64,000 nt of DNA from Coniocarpon cinnabarinum. Its lineage: Eukaryota. The notes under the pieces are model-generated. The model saw nothing but the letters and a program-made list of their open reading frames with translations, searched no databases and was not told the origin of the DNA. Positions 1 to 11,058 of this stretch are shown here, piece by piece (position 1 is the stretch's first letter; each line of letters begins with the position of its first letter). The position numbers and the translations under genes were made by a program. The stretch lies in NCBI GenBank assembly GCA_051942205.1, contig JAVECO010000014.1, positions 62,001-126,000 of the forward strand, given 5' to 3'.

Positions 1-158
1 GTGGCGGAAAGAAGTGGGAGCGGGAAGAAGGAGAGCTCGGAGGGGACGGAGGAGACGGAGGAGTCATCGGATGTGGGATCCGTTCGAAAGATGCGTGTGG
101 TCAGGAATGGGGAGGATGCTGCAAGTGTGGCGAGTTTGGATTCGTCGGCTAGTGTCAT
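1..158 (-). CDS. Possible 5' end of a gene running off the left edge of the window (MTLADESKLATLAASSPFLTTRIFRTDPT...)
   Basis: ATG at 158 opens a frame with no stop up to the window edge; no recognisable motif. Confidence 0.25.
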   Translation of the reverse strand, partial: MTLADESKLATLAASSPFLTTRIFRTDPTSDDSSVSSVPSELSFFPLPLLSA

Positions 159-1032
159 TAGGCATGTTGCTCGTGAGCCGGGCTGAATGAGTTGAATTTC
201 ATCAAAACGTAATATCAGTACGTCTAAGCTCACACCGTGACACATGCGTAATATGTGAGCTCGAGAAGATAAGAGCGGCGTAAGGAATGGGACCTGATCC
301 TAACAGGTGGCAAAAATCTCGAGCAAGCACGTTTGCAGCAGGGACGGCAAACTAACAGGCACACGATCGTGGTATGGGCGAGCAAAGCAGAGCAGCTATT
401 CGCGGGCTTCAGGTCGCCCGAAACGCACACCAGGATGGGCACACAGCCTTATGAGCAGCCAGGGAAAGAAGCGGCGGCAAGTCGCCATAGATAGACACGT
501 GCAGCGAACCTGGAGGCGAGTATGCGTCAGCAGTTGCTCAGAATACTGAGATGGAGCAGCATTGATGTGTTCACTCAAATCAGACAAATTGTAAAAGTCG
601 ACATATGGCTTTGGCCATCCGTAGTCTAACATCTTTATTTTCTTGAATATTCATCAAAGCAACAACCGACGTGCAATCACAAGGGAAATGAGGCTGGCGT
701 GACTTACCACAAATGATGCAAGTCGATGTTGCGGACATTCGATGCCCGTGATGTGGGTTGAAGCATGATTGCCATGTCGTGCAAGCGCTACAAGCGTGAT
801 GAAGCATAGTGTGAAAATAAGTTTTTGAGATTTCTTCGGAAGTTCACGTCTGTTGCTAAGGTGTACATCCCCCAAACGCTTTCGCTTGATGCTAGGTACA
901 ATTGTGCGTGCTGATGCGCTGGACCCAAAAAGGGGCGCGCCATCTTGACAGGTGATGTGCTCTCTCGCAGTTTGTCCATATGGTTGACGTTGCGGATGAC
1001 ACAACGATCGAGCTCGATGGGCACTGCGCTGT

Positions 1033-1672
1033 TTATCTCAGCTGTTTGAACAGCTTAGGGGCGGCGCATTGAGAGATGCAGTGTGTGTACTCGAAAACTG
1101 TAGCTCACGAATTAGTCTAGAGGTAACTCGTGCTGATTCCTGAAGCTCGTAGCCGCAACAATGTTCGGATGGCTTCGGCAATACTTACACTCTTCAACAC
1201 AGTCTTCTTTTGGTCCCAGTGTCTTCCGCTCCTCTTCATCAGCATCATTCCATCTCGTCACACGAGCGGAGCAGTCTTCAAATTCGTCCTTGGCGTGATT
1301 ACATGCGGGAGTTTTGGCGCACTCTGCCAGCATGTCAGCTTTTTATTGCTCACGATCTTACGCTCAAGCCGGCGATCAAAATGCGTCGAACAACAGTATG
1401 CCAGAACGCGTCGCTGTCGGATCTAAGTACTCACCCTCTTGAATCTTCGGCATAGGATCCTCGGGCTCCTCTTCCTCTTCCTCTTCTTCTTCCTCCTCCT
1501 CCTCTTCCTCATCTGCGCCGCCAGCACCGGCATCGTCGCCGCTCTCGTCATCACCGCCGCCTTGAGCTTCATCGCCTCCCTCTTGGCCTTCATCGCCGCC
1601 CTCCTCTTCAGGCGGCTCCTCAGCGTAGGCTTCGCTGGTGAAGAAGGAGGTAAGGGTATCGAGTAAGGTCAT
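1033..1672 (-). CDS. QCR6: Cytochrome bc1 complex subunit 6 (hinge protein), 3 exons: 1435-1672, 1189-1323, 1033-1097
   Basis: Very acidic N-terminus, then EDPMPKIQEECAKTPAC...EDCSARV...KEDCVEEFFEYTHCISQCAAPKLFKQLR. GTGAGT/GTAAGT donors and CAG acceptors give a 438-nt in-frame CDS. Confidence 0.95.
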
Positions 1673-2096
1673 GGTCGCGGATGCTCGGATACTCCGAAGA
1701 AGCAACGACGAGAGGAATGACAGCCAAGTTTCAACTCAGCTGCGTCGTATTAGATGGAAAGTTTCGAAGCTAGATTGGGACTGCCGGCGCAGGATTAGCT
1801 ATTGAGGATGCAAGCTAGATTTGCAGGAGACTTCGATCTGGCAACATTTCCTAAGTAGGTAGTTAGATATCCAAGTTCATCTCTTAATTGTCATTGGGAC
1901 TTCTTATACAACTTGCCTCATATTCCAGGCACCTTTCACGTGTCAATGTTTACTTGGTGTATCTCGAATTCGATATTTCTCAAGCTGCACTTTTCAGACC
2001 ACACACCTCAGCCTCCTGCAACATACAGTACCAACTTTAGATACATCTCGCCAAAACCACCTCAATTCTCGCCTGACTCGTCACCTCCAACAAGCT

Positions 2097-2711
2097 ATGC
2101 CGGCCTCACCAACCCTCAACGGCTGCCCACTCACGCTCTCCCTTCTCCTCAGCATCCCCACGCTTTCCTTCCTCCGCCTTCTTACCAGCAACGCAATTAC
2201 ACCCGCTACAAGCTTGTTTGCCGCCCTACTTCAACAGATAGCACCCACAACCCCGCTTAATACCATCCTCACGCTTAGTCTCATCTACCAACTCCGCCCC
2301 CTCGAGCGACTGTGGTCAACCCGCAAGTTAGGCGCATTCATCACTGCTGCGCTTCCTTTCATTGCTGTGATCCAGGCTGTAAATAACCGATTCACCTTGA
2401 ATGCAATGGACGGAGGAGGTGGGTACGCCGCGACTTGTCTGTCTTTTGCGATGCTGGTGCAGTGGTGGGAGACTGTACCGTTTGAGTGGCGGTATGACCT
2501 TGGTGATACAGACGCTGGAGAGGGCAGCGATTGGAAAGTGAGGCCCAGTAGCAAATGGCAGACTTACGTGGTGGCGATTCAGATTGCGAGTGCGCAGGGC
2601 TTGGGCAGTACCGTCGCTGCGGCGGGAGGATGGTGCGTTGGTTGGATGTGGAGGAGAGGTGTGTTGCCTGGACGAGGAGTTGTCGACAGCATCTTCGGCC
2701 TTGCATCCTAA
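2097..2711 (+). CDS. Dsc2/DscB-like rhomboid-family pseudoprotease (DSC E3 ligase complex subunit), apparently lacking the C-terminal UBA domain
   Basis: Motifs YQLRPLERLWSTRKLGAF, FAMLVQW...P..WRY, SSKWQTYVVAIQIA, GSTVAAAGGWCVGWMWRRGVLPG resemble fungal Dsc2; multiple hydrophobic segments. Confidence 0.7.
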   Translation: MPASPTLNGCPLTLSLLLSIPTLSFLRLLTSNAITPATSLFAALLQQIAPTTPLNTILTLSLIYQLRPLERLWSTRKLGAFITAALPFIAVIQAVNNRFTLNAMDGGGGYAATCLSFAMLVQWWETVPFEWRYDLGDTDAGEGSDWKVRPSSKWQTYVVAIQIASAQGLGSTVAAAGGWCVGWMWRRGVLPGRGVVDSIFGLAS

Positions 2712-2790
2712 GGACATACGTGGACAAAAAGACTGAGCATACCAAAACATGAATGCGGCTGATCAAGGCCAATTCTAGCTCGTCTATTTC

Positions 2791-4289
2791 TCAAAGCCCT
2801 GCAGCATTCAATCGATCTTCCCATTCTTTCCTTAATTCCTCCATCTTTTCCCAGCTCGTCCTTCCTAACTCCTCGAACCCTTCTCGACCTTGCTTCGTCA
2901 AGTTTTGTGCTCCTCTCATTCGCCCTCTCAACCTTCTGACGCTGTTCTCTCCGACTCGTCCACTCCATCCCCACCCCTCTACCTCTGTCCTCTCGACCCT
3001 TTCTCGACCTTCAGCGTCAGTCGCACTACCCCATTTGCCAACGGCTCTTCTCGTCTCTAGATTTACATCGTCTTCATCTTGAGGACTCTTGGAAGGTGGT
3101 GGCGTTTCCTGTGCTGCTAGTGTTCCTTCTGAGGCTAAGGCTAGCCATACGGGCGCAACTGCACCTTTGTACGGCGAAACGGTGTGCCACACACTGCCTA
3201 GCCAGCGCGCGAGGTAGAACGCAGCGAGCATTGCCCACGTAAGGATGATCGAGGAGAGCGGGAGGATAGCGGTGCCGCAGATACCCGGGTGTGCGAGATA
3301 CATTCGAGGCGTTCTGCTGTCATTGCTCTTCTCGTCATTTGTCGTCCAAAACTCCTTGACTGGCGACTGTGTGGAGGGTAAATGCGACGTCAACGCTAGC
3401 ACGTCAGTGAGCCGCTTGGAGCTTTCATACGCATACGGCCCATCCAAAGCTTGAAAGTCATCCTCAGGATGAAAGGTCGATGCGTACGCCTCCAAACTCG
3501 AGACCCAAATCACTCTCCCAGAGGCTCCTGACATTCCTCCCTGCTTCAACAGCGGCGCGAGCTCGTGCACAAGCATGTAATGCCCAAACACGTTCGAGCA
3601 GAAGATCTCGCCCAGCTGCAGCCCTGGACTGGCATGCTCGTTGCCCGCTTCTCGCTGCTCAGCCTTCCCATTCGGCACGCCATCCAATGCGCCATTCTCA
3701 GTCACAGACGCAGGTAATTGTGACGCTGTCAGTCGGCCTACATCCGCCTTCTTAAAAGTCGGCCATGTAATCGCGTGCACCATATCCGTCAAAACAAGCC
3801 ACGCGCATTTTGGCCAGTCGATCCCATTCCATCCTCCAATTCCTGCATTGCAAATCACCGCATCAATCTTCTGAATGCCATCGCCAACCTCTCGACCGCG
3901 CTTTAATCGCCGACTCAATTCGCGAACAGTCCTCAAGCTGCACAAGTCTAACTGCTCTGGCCTAAGATGAATCCGCGTTTCATATTCCGCGCCAGAGCCT
4001 GGCTTTCTCTGCTCTGCTGCTTTGGCGACAGCGGCAACGTGTGCGCGGAGAGTGTCAACCGTTTGCTGAGATTTTGAGTACGATCGCGTGGTGGGTATGA
4101 GAAGGAGGTGTGTGGTTGACGGGCGGGTGTCTAGGAACTCGTCGATGAGGCGCTGACACGTGGCGAGGCCGACGCCGCTAAACAGCGTCAACTAAGCCAA
4201 GGGCTTTTGATGATCAGTCAATTCTCTACATACCTGTTCGCGCCGGTCACGAGGATGGTGAAGGCATCTTTTGGGTTGGGGGATGACAT
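2791..4289 (-). CDS. ERG27: 3-keto-steroid reductase, 2 exons: 4234-4289 (or 4295) and 2791-4177
   Basis: Spliced N-terminus ILVTGANSGVGLATCQRL (Rossmann), NAGIGGW, EIFCSNVFGHYML, YESSKRLTD (YxxxK), HPGICGT, ARWLGSVWH, KWGSATD. Confidence 0.93.
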
Positions 4290-4598
4290 TTGCATACGAG
4301 GCCGCAGTTTTTCCAGCCCTGCATTCACTTGCGCAGCAATCTGTGATAGGGTCAAGAAAGGGCTTTTCACCTCTCACGATGTCCTCAATGGCGTTCCAAT
4401 GGTGAAGACAAATCTTTGTTCTAAACTTAAACGCTTAGCTAGGTAGACATCCGTGGTTATTATAAATATATATATGCTAGAATTATATTCCTCGTCTGAT
4501 ACTAGTTGTGTCATACATCATTATTGATGCTCGTTGAATTAGCCACTTCAATGCACCTGTCTCCTTAGCTATGCTGTAAATGCCAATAGTACATGAAA

Positions 4599-7500
4599 TC
4601 ATTGCATGATGCTTGTTCGCCACTGTTCAATTTTCGCCCGTTGCATGTCACTCATGTTAGCCGCCTGTGTCTGCTCAAACGTTGGTCTGGCCATCGCTTG
4701 TGCTGCATACGTTCGGCTAGCCCCAAAACTACCGTCTGTCCACTGTCTCGGAAGCATACTGACCCGCTTGGAGTGCTCATCGTTCCACAGCATGGAGCCA
4801 CGATTGACATTGTGGCGTGCTCCTCCTTTGGGATCGTTCGCAAAGTTAGGCAAGTCTGTGCCGAAGCGGGCGACTGGGTTGAAGTTCGTACCAGCGACCG
4901 TGGGCGCATTGCCGTGCGGTTGGGGAAGAGCAAACGCGTTCTGGATTGATGTTGCAGGCATGTGAGAAGCGGGCTGGTTGGCCAGCAGATCCATTGATGA
5001 ACGCGATCGCAGGCCACTGAACTGACCGGGTGCGAACGATTGCCTCTGGCCAGCTCCGCCTCGATTGAGTTGCTCTGCAGCCGCTGCGCGGTGCTGACTC
5101 ACGTCGATCAACGGCTCCTCAATGCCCATTCCACTACTCGAACGGTAATTCTGGTCTGCTAATGTCTGTTTGTTCTGGGCTTTCTTGGCCTCGTTCTCAC
5201 CGAGTAAGCCTGACAGTCTGCTTTCCGCAGAAATATCCCGAGGAGAGAAGGCTGTTTGAGGCGCTTGAGCGAGCAGGTTGGCCATGCTGCGACTGGGTTG
5301 CAGCGGCGCTGTGCGCGGTTCACTGCCACTGGAAGCCTGCCGTTCTGCTGCTTCTGCTTGCAAACGCTTGCGTCGCTGACCCAAGGTCTCGCCTTCATGC
5401 TCAGTGGCCTGTGGGTGACTTTGATCGCGAGCGGTCTTATCCTCTGCCGCCTGCCTATCGTCTGTCGAAGGTCCGAACGTGCTCATCATTTCACTCGCGA
5501 AGTCATCACCGAATGCTTGAGATTGGGCATTGTCTTCTCGGTGACCAATGGCTTCATCAAGAGCGCGTCGTGAACGCAAGCGTCTTGTTCGCTGGGCCAG
5601 GGTCTCGCCCTCATTATCAGAATGATCTTTGTCGGCTGCCTCGTTAGCAAACCCCAAATGCGGACCGACAGCAGAGTTTATAGGCGTTGTTTGCTCTTGC
5701 TGTACCTGGACTGCACGCCGAGGACTGAACCCTCTGAGCCTATTTCTACGCTTACTCAATGGCTCATTCTCCTCTCGCTCGCGCTTAGCAAGTAGGCCCA
5801 AGGGCTGATCCCAATCGTTCCTGCCTTTGGCGATAAGACCGCCTCGTGTTGGGAACAACACCCCAAGCGGAACGTCGTCATCGTCAACCTCAGGCAAAGT
5901 TCCTTTTGCGCTGGGGTCTTCCCAAGCCAAGGTGGTTGGCTTTTTGTGTCGCCGTCGCTTTTCTATTTGCGCAACAGCATCCATCTCAAGTAAAGTGGAG
6001 TGCATGCCATTAGGAAAGGCTGTGACGGCGGTTCGATTTCGCTGACGCAGCTTCTGTTTTCTGAGCTGCAACTCAGCCAGGAGCGTAGTCGGCGGACCGT
6101 GAACAGCCTCGTCGTACGCGTCTGAATCATCTTCAGGCTCGTCCTCCACTTCTTCGTCCTTCTGTTCTACATCAGGATGTTCTTCCGTGATGTCATCGCC
6201 AATGTGAATGACATTGCTCTTGTCGTCGCCATCCTTGCCAATATAAGAACGTTGCACAGAACCCGTCTCGATCGCCTCCCCATCACGAAGGTCGTTAAAG
6301 CCAAGGTCTGATTTGCTCTCTCCGTGAACACTTGAAGCATGAATGTCCAAGGCGCTGCTGTTTCGTTTGCCTTCAAAGCTGAATCTCGAATGAGACAACG
6401 CGGCACTGCTTCGATTGCCAGCTCCTCCAAGGTTGTCGAAGCTCCCCGAGCGATTCAAAGAAAGCACTGACGCTCTACTCAATCGGTCGTTGGATTTTCT
6501 CTCGTTGAGTTGCCCAGAAAGCATGGATGCTCGACTAGCACGACCACCATTATCAAGGAGCGAGGTTGTACTGGAGCGTGGCCGATGCTTTCCAACGGCA
6601 TCAGGATGTCGAGGACCCATATCTGTCGCTGTTGGGCCATGTACTGAGGCATCAAGCATGTTCTCGAGGGTAGCTGTAGCAGAACCGCCTTGCATCTCAA
6701 TATCGTGCGGAACAGCTTGATGACCGAAGAAAATGCTAGCCCGCAGCTGTGGTGGGAGATTTTTCATATTGGCAAGACTACTCTTGTCTTTTCTGTGATG
6801 TTTTGGAGAGCCGGGCTTCTTGTCTTCGGCAGATTGTGTTCCGCTTTCCTGTTGATTTTGCTCCGGCAGCCACACCGCCGACTTACGAGCTTCTACGTTC
6901 ATTGCACCCAGGACCTGAGATCGCCTCTTGGCAAGCACCTCAGGTGGTAGTTGACGAGACAGTCTCTTGGGCATATTGAGTTCTCTTGGTACTGGTGCTG
7001 GATAAAAATGCATGCCTTCTTTTGGCGGCGGTTCAGCCCAAGCTTGAGAGCCTGAGTTGTCCATCCGGTCATCTACCATCTCTTCCCCATCGGCGTTTTC
7101 ATGTGCCTGCTGCTGTGTCCCATCAGAATGCTGATCCTCCTCGGCTTGCTGCCACTGATCCTGGAACCATTGCTCATATTCGCTACCCAATCGCAAAGCA
7201 TCATCCATTTCTGTGTCATGATGGTGACGCCCGTCACGGCCTATCAATTGCTCCTGCTCCACTTCCTCCTCGTCTTCTTCTTTGATGTCTTCATCAATTA
7301 GTGGAGAGACATGGACACCGTCGAAGTCACGAAAAAGCGATCGTGGGATTGTCTGGGTGGATGCGATGCTGGCGTTGCGATCTAAGCCGGAAGCTTGGCT
7401 GAATTCAAGGACAGACGGCTCAAGGCCGTGATTGTCTTGCGTAAAGCTTGGTTGAATCGAGGACCCGTTGTTGTTGGGCAGAAAGCTTGAAGGATGCTCG

Positions 7501-8099
7501 GACCTAAAATGGATGTCATCCTGCATTGGCTGCATTGAAGGTGCAACAGATGCAGATCTATATTCATCTTGAGTTGGCGCAATAGAGGGTACAATGGAGA
7601 GTGAGCGATCGCTACGAGATGTAATCGAGGGAGCAAACGCATGGTTTGAACCCGGACGAGGACTAGTTGCTGTAGTGGCGGTCATCATAGAGTCCAGAGG
7701 TCGACCTTCGCGGTTTGGCTCAAAACGTGCCGGTGTAGCGAAGTTTCGAGGGGCACGATGTGATGTATGAGATCTGACTGACCCTCTGGACATGAAGGAT
7801 GTCGAGGACATTGGTGGTGAGGAAACATAATTAGTTGCATACGGGTCATTGCCGATGGTGCCTCCGCTCGCGTCTAGGTCGGGGGAGACTTGACGGCTGA
7901 GAGCGTCAGTATCATGCCGCCGAGGACTTGCGAGGGGCGAGTTGTGTCGACTATTGAAAAGATCCCTCTCTTGCTCCAATATGCGCAACTGTTCCTCAAT
8001 GTCAGGTCTCTCGAGCGACCCATCTGTGTAGTCCGGACTAGAAGCATTCGGAGGATTTGATTTGGGCGAAGTAGAACGTTGAGAGAGGTTGTAATCCAT
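4599..8099 (-). CDS. Conserved hypothetical, largely disordered protein (1166 aa)
   Basis: Long uninterrupted ORF; islands such as YPAPVPRELNMPKRLS, PTTLLAELQLRKQK, NGMHSTLLEMDAVAQ, EGETLAQR and IEQWRTSI recall a filamentous-ascomycete hypothetical family. Confidence 0.85.
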   Translation of the reverse strand: MDYNLSQRSTSPKSNPPNASSPDYTDGSLERPDIEEQLRILEQERDLFNSRHNSPLASPRRHDTDALSRQVSPDLDASGGTIGNDPYATNYVSSPPMSSTSFMSRGSVRSHTSHRAPRNFATPARFEPNREGRPLDSMMTATTATSPRPGSNHAFAPSITSRSDRSLSIVPSIAPTQDEYRSASVAPSMQPMQDDIHFRSEHPSSFLPNNNGSSIQPSFTQDNHGLEPSVLEFSQASGLDRNASIASTQTIPRSLFRDFDGVHVSPLIDEDIKEEDEEEVEQEQLIGRDGRHHHDTEMDDALRLGSEYEQWFQDQWQQAEEDQHSDGTQQQAHENADGEEMVDDRMDNSGSQAWAEPPPKEGMHFYPAPVPRELNMPKRLSRQLPPEVLAKRRSQVLGAMNVEARKSAVWLPEQNQQESGTQSAEDKKPGSPKHHRKDKSSLANMKNLPPQLRASIFFGHQAVPHDIEMQGGSATATLENMLDASVHGPTATDMGPRHPDAVGKHRPRSSTTSLLDNGGRASRASMLSGQLNERKSNDRLSRASVLSLNRSGSFDNLGGAGNRSSAALSHSRFSFEGKRNSSALDIHASSVHGESKSDLGFNDLRDGEAIETGSVQRSYIGKDGDDKSNVIHIGDDITEEHPDVEQKDEEVEDEPEDDSDAYDEAVHGPPTTLLAELQLRKQKLRQRNRTAVTAFPNGMHSTLLEMDAVAQIEKRRRHKKPTTLAWEDPSAKGTLPEVDDDDVPLGVLFPTRGGLIAKGRNDWDQPLGLLAKREREENEPLSKRRNRLRGFSPRRAVQVQQEQTTPINSAVGPHLGFANEAADKDHSDNEGETLAQRTRRLRSRRALDEAIGHREDNAQSQAFGDDFASEMMSTFGPSTDDRQAAEDKTARDQSHPQATEHEGETLGQRRKRLQAEAAERQASSGSEPRTAPLQPSRSMANLLAQAPQTAFSPRDISAESRLSGLLGENEAKKAQNKQTLADQNYRSSSGMGIEEPLIDVSQHRAAAAEQLNRGGAGQRQSFAPGQFSGLRSRSSMDLLANQPASHMPATSIQNAFALPQPHGNAPTVAGTNFNPVARFGTDLPNFANDPKGGARHNVNRGSMLWNDEHSKRVSMLPRQWTDGSFGASRTYAAQAMARPTFEQTQAANMSDMQRAKIEQWRTSIMQ

Positions 8100-8898
8100 A
8101 CTGCTAAACTGAAGACGGCGAAATGGCTCTGAAAATTAGTTTACGATCCGTAGCGACAGCCAATGCCCAAGACAAGGCATAAAGAATTCATCAAGAATGC
8201 TAGTCACGGGGGGTGGGGTTGGCGTCCAAGAAGTCTGTTTGAAGTGCAGCGATCCCAACAAATGAGGCCATGAAACACGAGATCCTTGAGGGGCCAAAAA
8301 GAGCGACAGAATAGATGAGAACGAGGGACGGTTAGACCGCAGAGATAAGGAGAGATCACGAGCAGGGGGAGAGTTGCGGATTATCGAAAGGAAACCGAGC
8401 ATTGACTCTGTGTTTAGCACGCACGAGTCAGCATACTGGAAATCCCTCACGTATGTCCCGATTGAGAAGATAGACAGCAACCTCAAAGTCACGTGCATAT
8501 CTACCTAGAATGCTGTTCAGTGTTGACACGCGGGCATGCTTGTTCGCCAGACACCTGAAGAAACGCACATACTCACCAAAGTCATATTCGATGACAATTA
8601 TTCTCGCTAAGAGGTGTCCCTTGCTTTAGACGACAAGACGCTATTTCCTTGCATTTTCACCGCCTGTAACCATGATATCACGAACGCCGTCTCACTTCAT
8701 CAAGTTTGCACAGGACTCACGCACGTGATAAAAAATATCCACTCAACTAAATTTCTGTGCAACCCTCGCGCTCTCACGGATCCTCTCTCAACTAGCTGAG
8801 GCGCCATCATTGCACGCGTTTTGAAGTGGGAGCCCAAAGTATTTCATTAACCAAATTCCAGCTGTTACACCATCATAACGCTTTAGCCACTATCCGGG

Positions 8899-11058
8899 AT
8901 GGACAGTAAACGCGCATCAAATTTCGAAGATGGCGGGCCCAAAGCGAAAAAAGCCAAAACAGGAGGCTTATCATTTGCGCAGCGCATGATGGCGAAGATG
9001 GGTCACGTGGAAGGCCAGGGGCTTGGGAGGGGCGGCGAAGGAATGCTGAATCCCATTGCAGTCAAGTTGCGACCGCAGGGCGCTGGTGTCGGCACTGTCA
9101 AGGAAAAGACACCTCAGCAAAAATCTGCAGAGCGTCGGGCAGCCGAGCAGCGAGGAGAAGAGTATGTTGACTCATCAGAGGAGGAGCGCAGGGAACGCCG
9201 AAGACGAAAGCAAGCGGCCAAGAGTAAAACTTTTCAGACGCACGCTTCCACAACAAAACCCGTTCGAAACAAAGTCAGAACTGTTGCTGAGATTGAGGAC
9301 GAGGAAGGCCTCCAGGTTCCCGATATTTTCAAATCCTTCATCGACTACACTGGATCTGCGCCGAAGCAAATCACATCTTCTGCGGACTTAGCATCCTCGA
9401 AGCCTGAATCAAATCAATACCAATCAGCAGAAACAGAGAAGCTCGTGAGGAAATCTCGAGTCGAGCTCGAGGCGTTTGCTGATACTTGGCATGAACTGCA
9501 GAACCGGAAAACGTTTTTCGATACTCAAGAAAGCGAAGCAAATCGAAAGCTGGAGAGTTACAAGAGTAGCGAAGTCGTTCTCAGTCGCGTCGAACAGCTG
9601 GCGGACCAGCTGTCTTCACTCAAAGTTGACATGGACAAGCTGGATGAGCAACTCAGTTTACTACACAGTATACGTCAAGCAGAATCAACGCCTGAAGTGA
9701 ATCAAGATAATGCCTCAGATACCGCTATAGCATTTGTTGGTCCGTGCCTTACGCAACTTCTAAACGACTGGGATCCATTGTCTAGTGATTCCCCTGTTCT
9801 TTCAAGGCTGCATTCGCTCAAGTCTGCTCTTGTCCCTTTCGTTCGCAGCAAACAGCCAAAGACTGAGCAAAACCTCGCACACGGCTTGCATGATGCCTCA
9901 CAACAACTCGACGCTTACGATTCAATCATGTTCAGCACGTGGCTGCCAAAAGTTCGCTCGTACATTATTAATGACTGGAACCCTGTGCTGCCGCAGCCGC
10001 TACTACAATTGATAGAACTCTGGAGACCTTTGCTGCCTGAGTTTTTGATTGATATTGTGGTAAACCAGCTCGCCGCCTCGAAGTTGATCCAGGCTCTGAA
10101 GTCCTGGAAGCCGAGAACAGAGACGAGCAACAAGCCAAATCAAAACCGCCCACATGAATGGCTGTTTCCCTGGCTTGCGCATCTGAGTGAATACCATATG
10201 GATCCCCGAAGCTCAGATGGTCTACTTGCAGAAGTCAAGCGAAAATTCAGGACATTATTAGGCTCATGGAACCCGAATAACGGTATTTTGCCCGATCTTA
10301 GTCACTGGATGAAAGTCGATCGACTTCATGCCGATCTGGTCAACGTCCTCCAGCTCAAGCTTCTGCCTCGTCTGGCACAGTACCTCAACGATGAGCTTCA
10401 AATTGATCCATCTGACCAGGACAGAACGCCGATGGATGTTGCTCTGCAGTGGGAGCCTTTCTTCACTGCGTCGAAATTTTCACGAATCTTTATAGATACC
10501 TTTTTTCCAAAGTGGTTCGAAGTATTGCGCATCTGGCTAAGCTCGGAACCAAATTACGAGGAAGTCGGGCTGTGGTACGAGTGGTGGCGAAGTGTCTTTC
10601 CAGAGAGTTTGAACGCAGAACCTTCCATAGATAGGCTGTGGAAAGCGGGACTGGAGATGATGTCCAAGGCCATGGAATCACCAAATGAGGCGATCGAGGA
10701 TGAATTGCATCAGATGGACACTGCCGCAGTAAACCTTGAGCAGGTTAATGGCAGTACGGAAACCCCTATCAAAGATAAATCCGCTCAAGAGATTACGGAT
10801 GACTCAGTCACAACAAGGGATTTGTTGGAAGAGCTTTGTGAGCAGGAAGACCTCTTGCTCTTACCGCTTCGGAAGGCTCACCCAGAAACCGGACATCCTT
10901 TGTTGCGCATTACTGCCAGTGCCTCGGGAGGTGGAGGTGTCGTAGTATACATTGCGGGTGATGTTATCATGGCTCAGAGCAGGCGAGATCGGCAAGCCTG
11001 GGAACCGCTTGACATCTATTCTGAAGGCACTCTGCGCAGACTTGGAGAGTCGCGGTAG
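8899..11058 (+). CDS. G-patch / GCFC-domain spliceosome disassembly factor (TFIP11/Spp382/Ntr1 family)
   Basis: G-patch FAQRMMAKMGHVEGQGLGRGGEGMLNPI...GAGVG; Trp-rich C-terminal region WLPKVR, PHEWLFPWL, FFPKW, EVGLWYEWW. Confidence 0.9.
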   Translation: MDSKRASNFEDGGPKAKKAKTGGLSFAQRMMAKMGHVEGQGLGRGGEGMLNPIAVKLRPQGAGVGTVKEKTPQQKSAERRAAEQRGEEYVDSSEEERRERRRRKQAAKSKTFQTHASTTKPVRNKVRTVAEIEDEEGLQVPDIFKSFIDYTGSAPKQITSSADLASSKPESNQYQSAETEKLVRKSRVELEAFADTWHELQNRKTFFDTQESEANRKLESYKSSEVVLSRVEQLADQLSSLKVDMDKLDEQLSLLHSIRQAESTPEVNQDNASDTAIAFVGPCLTQLLNDWDPLSSDSPVLSRLHSLKSALVPFVRSKQPKTEQNLAHGLHDASQQLDAYDSIMFSTWLPKVRSYIINDWNPVLPQPLLQLIELWRPLLPEFLIDIVVNQLAASKLIQALKSWKPRTETSNKPNQNRPHEWLFPWLAHLSEYHMDPRSSDGLLAEVKRKFRTLLGSWNPNNGILPDLSHWMKVDRLHADLVNVLQLKLLPRLAQYLNDELQIDPSDQDRTPMDVALQWEPFFTASKFSRIFIDTFFPKWFEVLRIWLSSEPNYEEVGLWYEWWRSVFPESLNAEPSIDRLWKAGLEMMSKAMESPNEAIEDELHQMDTAAVNLEQVNGSTETPIKDKSAQEITDDSVTTRDLLEELCEQEDLLLLPLRKAHPETGHPLLRITASASGGGGVVVYIAGDVIMAQSRRDRQAWEPLDIYSEGTLRRLGESR

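Noticed and set aside
230..1024. Short minus-strand ORFs that could be joined through a GTAAGT donor near 700
   Set aside because: No recognisable domain, and they begin within about 30 bp of the QCR6 stop, so probably UTR or intergenic
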